Origin: Chrysomallon squamiferum | Lineage: Eukaryota; Animalia; Mollusca | Length of the DNA: 64,000 nucleotides | Assembly: GCA_012295275.1 (NCBI GenBank) | Contig: CM022674.1 | Location: 6,510,001-6,574,000, forward strand | Direction: 5' to 3' | Part shown: positions 58,236-64,000 of the stretch, piece by piece | Position numbering within the stretch: the first letter of the stretch is position 1 | Layout: every line of letters begins with the position of its first letter | Translations under genes and position numbers: made by a program | The notes under the pieces: generated by a model | Databases searched by the model: none | What the model saw: only the letters and a program-made list of their open reading frames with translations | What the model was told of the DNA's origin: nothing

Positions 58236-59140
58236 TCAAATTTTATAAATCCACATCATCAGTGACGCATCGTCAACTTTTGAAACGTGACCAGGTTTGT
58301 TCCAGTCACAGTAGCCGTCCCCACCGGAGACAACGATGACGGAGTTGCAAGGATTCTTCTTCATCGTGCCGTGCATCGTGCCACTTCGCAACAACGTCAC
58401 ACCTCGTTTCAACGTCCGCGAGGACCTGCACTGATACTCTGAACTTTTATTCATCTCAGTTTTTGACTTCGTTTTATCCGACACATCACCAGCTGTTTCG
58501 TCATCACCATCAACAACATCGTCGTTGTTGTCGTTCACACCTTCTTCCTCGATTTCGTTATCGCTCTCGAGCAGGTTTTCGTACAAAATTCGAACTTCGT
58601 CGTCTTCAACTGAATCGAAATCGACACCAGAGGTCGCTCTTTTAGCGATCTTACTGGCAAGTTCGCTTCGAAACGACAAAGTTTTGGTCCTCAGAGGCTT
58701 TTCTCGTCTGACACTCGTATCCAGGCTTTTAGACTTTTTATTCATATCCGACTGAGACTCCCCCCTCCTTATCCCAAACCCACCGGCGCTGTTTTCTGCA
58801 TCAGTGGACCCGCGGGCACTGTTGGACCGGTCAATTTTCGGGCCAACCTTTGACCGTTTCCTCAAAGATGACCACAAGGAGTTGCTCCGATTAAATTCAG
58901 CCACACTGCTTGAGTAGTAGATGGGCAGCAGAAACTTGACCGGTCCGCGGTGACCATGAAGAGAGATGTTTGGGCGACCACTGGCCAGTGGGACCCCGTC
59001 ACGAAGGCGTGGCAGGGGCAGGGTCAGGATGAAGCCTGGGCTGGTTCCTATCCACAGAATGCCTTTACTCACCGAGAGACTGGTGACAGTGCAAGAACGA
59101 CAACTCTCTATCAGATCAGAGTTACACATCTTGGATTTCT
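58236..59140 (-). CDS. ARHGEF10: ARHGEF10-like terminal coding exon
   Basis: ttcttcag|AG in phase 1; LWIGTSPGFILTLPLPRLRDGVPLASGRPNISLHGHRGPVKFL and terminal VVSGGDGY...LMMWIYKI-stop; recalled motifs are closer to ARHGEF10/10L than to ARHGEF17. Confidence 0.92.
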
Positions 59141-59728
59141 CTGAAGAATTTAAAATTATATTTATTAATAAAAATATATTGTGTCATTAAATATGTATGC
59201 TGCTGTTATGTAGTTAAAAATGTACAGTCAAACCAATAAATATGTTCATGTGTATGTAGACACACTCAAAACACACATATAAACAGACACACACACATTC
59301 ACACATACATATACACAGACAGACAAATCCAGACATACCCACACATATACATATACAGACACATACATACATATTCATATATATACACACACAAACACAA
59401 ACACATATACATACAGAGATATATTAACAAACAACACATTATCCTAATAAAAGGTATTATCTATAAAACATATATTTTGATTGTGATATATTTCTAACAG
59501 ATACTTATTCACCAAATTAACATAAAAATAAAAGATTCTGCACAAATCCACACACATCACTCTAAATTTTTTAACCTATTTAATTAGAGCTAACCATCTT
59601 GTCACTGTCACATAATTTCAATACATCTGTGACTATATTTCTATTTCCAGTCACCCATAGGTGAATCATTCACCAGTTTAAGAATCATCACTCTGAAGAA
59701 AAACACCCTCCTCTCCAACAAACATCAG

Positions 59729-59783
<55 letters not shown>

Positions 59784-59854
59784 CACACACAGACATATAG
59801 ACAGACAGACAGACACTCACACAGACAGATAGACTGACAGACAGACAGACAGAC

Positions 59855-60026
59855 CTTCGAGAAGTCGAATGATGGCCGAGGCTACGTTTATCTCCTGCAG
59901 GTTGTCGAATGTTTCAGCGTGGTACAACTGAAGGACAGCACTATCCTTGTAGGACACCCACAGCCCCACCCCAGTCTGAACAATACAATCTACAGGCTTG
60001 GAGTCTGGGCTAAGGACAATGGTTTG
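59855..60026 (-). CDS. ARHGEF10: ARHGEF10-like exon
   Basis: ttttcag|CAA ... G|GTCTGT; 172 nt, phase 0 to 1; QTIVLSPDSKPVDCIVQTGVGLWVSYKDSAVLQLYHAETFDNLQEINVASAIIRLLE matches the family motif GVGVW..LFHTET..LQEINIA. Confidence 0.92.
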
Positions 60027-60111
60027 CTGAAAAAAAAAAAAATAATAAAATAAAAAAAAACATTAAAAAAAATGAAATAAAAAAAACCCATTATAAATAT
60101 AAATGATGTAA

Positions 60112-60142
<31 letters not shown>

Positions 60143-60576
60143 ATTAATTAATTAATTAATTAATTAATCTTATTTTAAATAAAGAAAACAAACTGAAATC
60201 TTCTCACAACAGAGAATACACTAAAATACACAGAATATATATATTTTTTAAATACTGTTACATTATTCCACACTCTACCCCAGTTTTATAACACAACTTT
60301 GTACATGATTTCTCATGGATGATTAGTGCATCTGCTTGCTATGAATCAACAAAAAAAAAAAAACCCCACCTAAATTCAAAGTTATAAAAACAATATATAT
60401 TCAAACATACAGCAGATGCAAACACACATTCACAGACACATGTATGCACAGATAAAAACACAAAACAGATTGTCACAAGATCAGATTATCAAAGACAGTA
60501 TCACGTATTCTCCTGTTTATAGGAGGGTGCTGATAAAGATGACTTTCTGCTAAGTTATAGAATTACTGATTCTGAC

Positions 60577-60718
60577 CGTGACTGTGAGTGTTTCAACATC
60601 GACGACATGAACGTCTGTTCCCACAGCAGCCCACAGGTCTTCCCCTGTATCTGTAAACAAGTGACCGGTCCACTGCCCAGACTGACCACCACTGGCTCTG
60701 ACACATTCCAGCAGGCAT
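60577..60718 (-). CDS. ARHGEF10: ARHGEF10-like exon with apparent 1-nt deletion
   Basis: tattacag|AT ... ACG|GTCAGA; 142 nt where flanking phases require 143; ACWNVSEPVVVSLGSGPVTCLQIQG then frame change to EDLWAAVGTDVHVVDVETLTVT. Confidence 0.85.
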
Positions 60719-61201
60719 CTGTAATAATAACAACAATAACAACAACAACAAACAACAATAATAACAATAATAATAACAACAATAATAATAATAATAACAA
60801 TAATAATAATAACAATAATAACAACAATAATAATAATAATAACAATAATAATAATGATAACAATAATAATAATAACAACAATAACAATAACAACAATAAT
60901 AATAATAATAACAATAATAATAATAACATTAAGAATAATAATAAAAATAATAATAATAGTAATAATTAATTATTCTAACAAAAAAAATGGTAAAATAATA
61001 ATAATGGTAACAATAATATACATGTTAAATAATTTTGAAAAATTATGACGATGATTTTTTCTTAAATTTTATTCATAAATCACAACAACAACAACAATAA
61101 CAACCCCAAAGCAAATAAGAACCCTGATCAGCAATAAAAAAAAAAAAAAAAACTGCTACAACAAGTTACACAGTATGAACATGTCTTTACTCTTGACTTA
61201 C

Positions 61202-61359
61202 TGTTTTCTCTGGAGATGATGGCCAGACTCCCATCTACCTGTCCACAGAACACCTTGTCATCCAGGTATTTCAGCTTTGTTACCTGTGCTGGCATCATAA
61301 ATGAGGTAACTGCCTCTCGCTTCATTCCATCACTGTTCGTTAACAGGAAGACAAGAATC
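61202..61359 (-). CDS. ARHGEF10: ARHGEF10-like exon
   Basis: ttacag|G ... A|GTAAGT; 158 nt, phase 2 to 1; ILVFLL...AQVTKLKYLDDKVFCGQVDGSLAIISREN. Confidence 0.9.
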
Positions 61360-61763
61360 CTGTAACGATATAAATTCATTTATCAATTATAATTTAAAAA
61401 TAAGAAAAAAAAGAGACAAGTCACAAAATGATGTAAATAATAATTAAAAAAAACAATAATAATAATAATAATAATAATAAGGATAAAACAGTGATATGAA
61501 AGAAATAATCTGATGAATAAAATTAATCAGAAAAATAAAAAAATAAATTTTGAGAACAATAATGGTTAATAATAATAAACAACACATAAATAAACAAACA
61601 AACAAACAAACAAACAAATAAAAAAAAAACAAATAAGCAAATAAATAAATAAGAACAAAAAACAAATAAATAAATAACCAAATAAAGAATAAATTATAAA
61701 TAAAGAAACGAAACAAAATATCGTAATAAACAATAACAGCTAATAACAACAACCACCACCACC

Positions 61764-61795
<32 letters not shown>

Positions 61796-61837
61796 CCAAC
61801 AACAACAACAGCAGCAACAACCACAGCCACAACAACC

Positions 61838-61928
61838 ATCTATATAAACAGTAACAAAACATCACGTTGACATTACCTTCTGTCTTCAGTAGCTAGCCAG
61901 ACGGTGTCATCAGCAAACATGAACAGCT

Positions 61929-61963
<35 letters not shown>

Positions 61964-62337
61964 CCACACCAACAACAACTATCTATATAAACAGTAACAA
62001 AACATCATGTTAACATTACCTTCTGTCTTCAGTAGCTAGCCAGACTGTGTCATCAGCAAACATGAACAGCTAACAACAACCACAACAACAACAACAACAA
62101 CAACAGCAACAACCACAGCCACAACAACCATCTATATAAACAGTAACAAAACATCACGTTGACATTACCTTCTGTCTTCAGTAGCTAGCCAAACTGTGTC
62201 ATCAGCGAACATGAACAGCAACAACAACAACAACAACACCAACAACAACCATCTATATAAACAGTAACAAAACATCACGTTGACATTACCTTCTGTCTTC
62301 GGTAGCTAGCCAGACTGTGTCATCAGCGAACATGAAC
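61838..62337. repeat. Four tandem copies (~120-150 bp period) of exon 3' end + donor + (CAA)n
   Basis: tctatataaacagtaacaaaacatca(c/t)gtt(g/a)acattaccttctgtcttc..catgaac repeated four times; the last copy is the real exon end. Confidence 0.95.
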
Positions 62338-62543
62338 CCTTCTGTGTCCGTCCCGTATCCCTGCACGAGCTCCATGCAGGAAATCTCGCAGTCAGACGCC
62401 TTGAAGCACTCCGTCAGACTCGGCTTGATGTTGTGGATGGAGACGATGGCAACCTGCCCTCGGGTGGCCGTTGTCGAGCACACCCACAGGTACTGCACTC
62501 CAAGATGGCTGCTTGAATGGAACACTGGGATAGCACATTTCAT
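62290..62543 (-). CDS. ARHGEF10: ARHGEF10-like exon, start of C-terminal beta-propeller region
   Basis: catacag|ATG ... AG|GTAATG; 254 nt, phase 0 to 2; MKCAIPVF...[16 protein letters not shown]...[10 protein letters not shown] resembles ARHGEF10/17 LWVCS..GQV and TVWLGTEDG motifs. Confidence 0.9.
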
Positions 62544-63300
62544 CTGTATGGATCGAGTTTGGAAGAATTAGAGAAGGAACGGATAAACGGATGGGTGAAA
62601 GATGGACAGATGGTTGGATTGATGGATGGATTGGATGGGTGGATGGACAAATGCATGGATGGATGGATGGATGGATGGATAAATATAGGAAATGGATACA
62701 AGAATGAATAAATGAATGAATCACCAATTATAAGGTGTGCTCTCACAAGCAAGAAAGTTAGGCAGGATTAGGATGCAGCCCAAAATAACAACAACAACAA
62801 CAACAACATTCATAATGATAACTACAGTAACAGTAACGATAATGATAATAATACAATAACAACAGTCATAATGATAATAACAACTCCATTTTGACAATTA
62901 AATAACAATAATAATAATGTAATAACAATAAGCAGCAAGAACAACAATAACAACAATAACAACAACATTGACAAGGATAATTACAATAAAAATAGCAATA
63001 ATGATAATACAGTAATAATATTCATAATAATTACAATAACAATAAAATGATAATAATAGCAATAATAACATTTTCAATAACATTCATAATGATAATGACA
63101 ATAACAATAATGATAATAACAATAACAATACTAACAGCTTGCTAATTACAACAACAGTGACAATGACAATAACAATAATGATAATAACAATAACAATACC
63201 AACAGCTTGCTAATTACAACAACAATGACAATAACAATACCAACAACAGTAATAATAATATCAGCACAAAGGTGTAAATGTCTATTATTTAAATACTTAC

Positions 63301-63407
63301 CTTTGTATAGTTTCTGGGTACATCAACTGGCAGACATTTCATGAAATATGTTGGGTGCATTGTACTGATGGAATCTGCTACATCCCAACCTGGGTTATTC
63401 TGTTTTT
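63301..63407 (-). CDS. ARHGEF10: ARHGEF10-like RhoGEF, internal exon (first visible; gene continues beyond the window)
   Basis: Acceptor tttttag, donor AAG|GTAAGT; 107 nt, phase 1 to 0; KQNNPGWDVADSISTMHPTYFMKCLPVDVPRNYTK, in frame with next exon. Confidence 0.85.
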
Positions 63408-63620
63408 CTAAAAATAATAATATTTAACAATAATAACAATAACAGTAATGATGATAATATTTAACAATAATAACAATAACAATAATGATAATAATATTTT
63501 AAAATAATAATAATGCTAATATTTTGTAATAATAACAATAATGATGTTTATTTCATAATAATAACAATAATGATAATGATAATAATATTTTGTAATAATA
63601 ACAATGATAATGATAACATT

Positions 63621-63651
<31 letters not shown>

Positions 63652-64000
63652 ATTTTGTAATAAAAACAATAAAAATAATATTTTGTAATAATAATAATGA
63701 TAATGATAATAATATTTAGCAATAACAACAATGATAATGATAATAATATTCGGTAATAATAAAAATAATAACAACAACAACAGCAGGCTTAATAAAATTA
63801 TAACAACAACAATAATAAGAAGAAGACACATAATAATAATAATAATAAAAATTCTATTAACAGTAATAATAACAGCAATAATAACAAAAACAATAACCAT
63901 AACAATAATAATAATATTTTTGTGTGTAGGATTTATGAATACATAAACTAAAAATAAATAAATAAAAAAAGATTATTATTATTAATAATAATAGTAATAA

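Noticed and set aside
47680-60650. Programmed frameshifting or RNA editing as the cause of the two indels
   Set aside because: No slippery heptamer or downstream structure seen; A-to-I editing cannot insert bases; assembly error is more parsimonious

Overview
This is eukaryotic, not prokaryotic, DNA: very AT-rich, dense in microsatellites ((AG)n, (AC)n, (AAT)n, (CAT)n, poly-A/T), with GT-AG introns. That points to an invertebrate, probably a mollusc/cephalopod (inference). Almost all ORFs in the supplied track are microsatellite artefacts. Walking splice sites by hand gives two minus-strand genes. (1) The last 6 coding exons of an ARHGEF10/ARHGEF10L-family RhoGEF (63407 to 58236), probably followed by a long 3' UTR. 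(2) A complete 12-exon gene (49944 to 35793, about 586 aa) encoding an N-terminal PYM/eIF2A-like basic coil, a WD40 propeller, an acidic tail and a terminal CaaL box (CVLL-stop). Each gene has one exon that is 1 nt short, most likely assembly indels. Each gene also has tandem duplications spanning a splice site whose exon-derived parts differ only at synonymous positions. The first ~34 kb has no recognisable coding exon. It consists of CpG-rich unique islands between microsatellites, dense in nuclear-receptor elements (ERE cores, DR1, IR1, RORE, ERR/SF-1), CRE and E-box motifs. A degenerate LINE fragment and several minisatellites are present. I saw no CRISPR, rRNA, tRNA or prokaryotic system.
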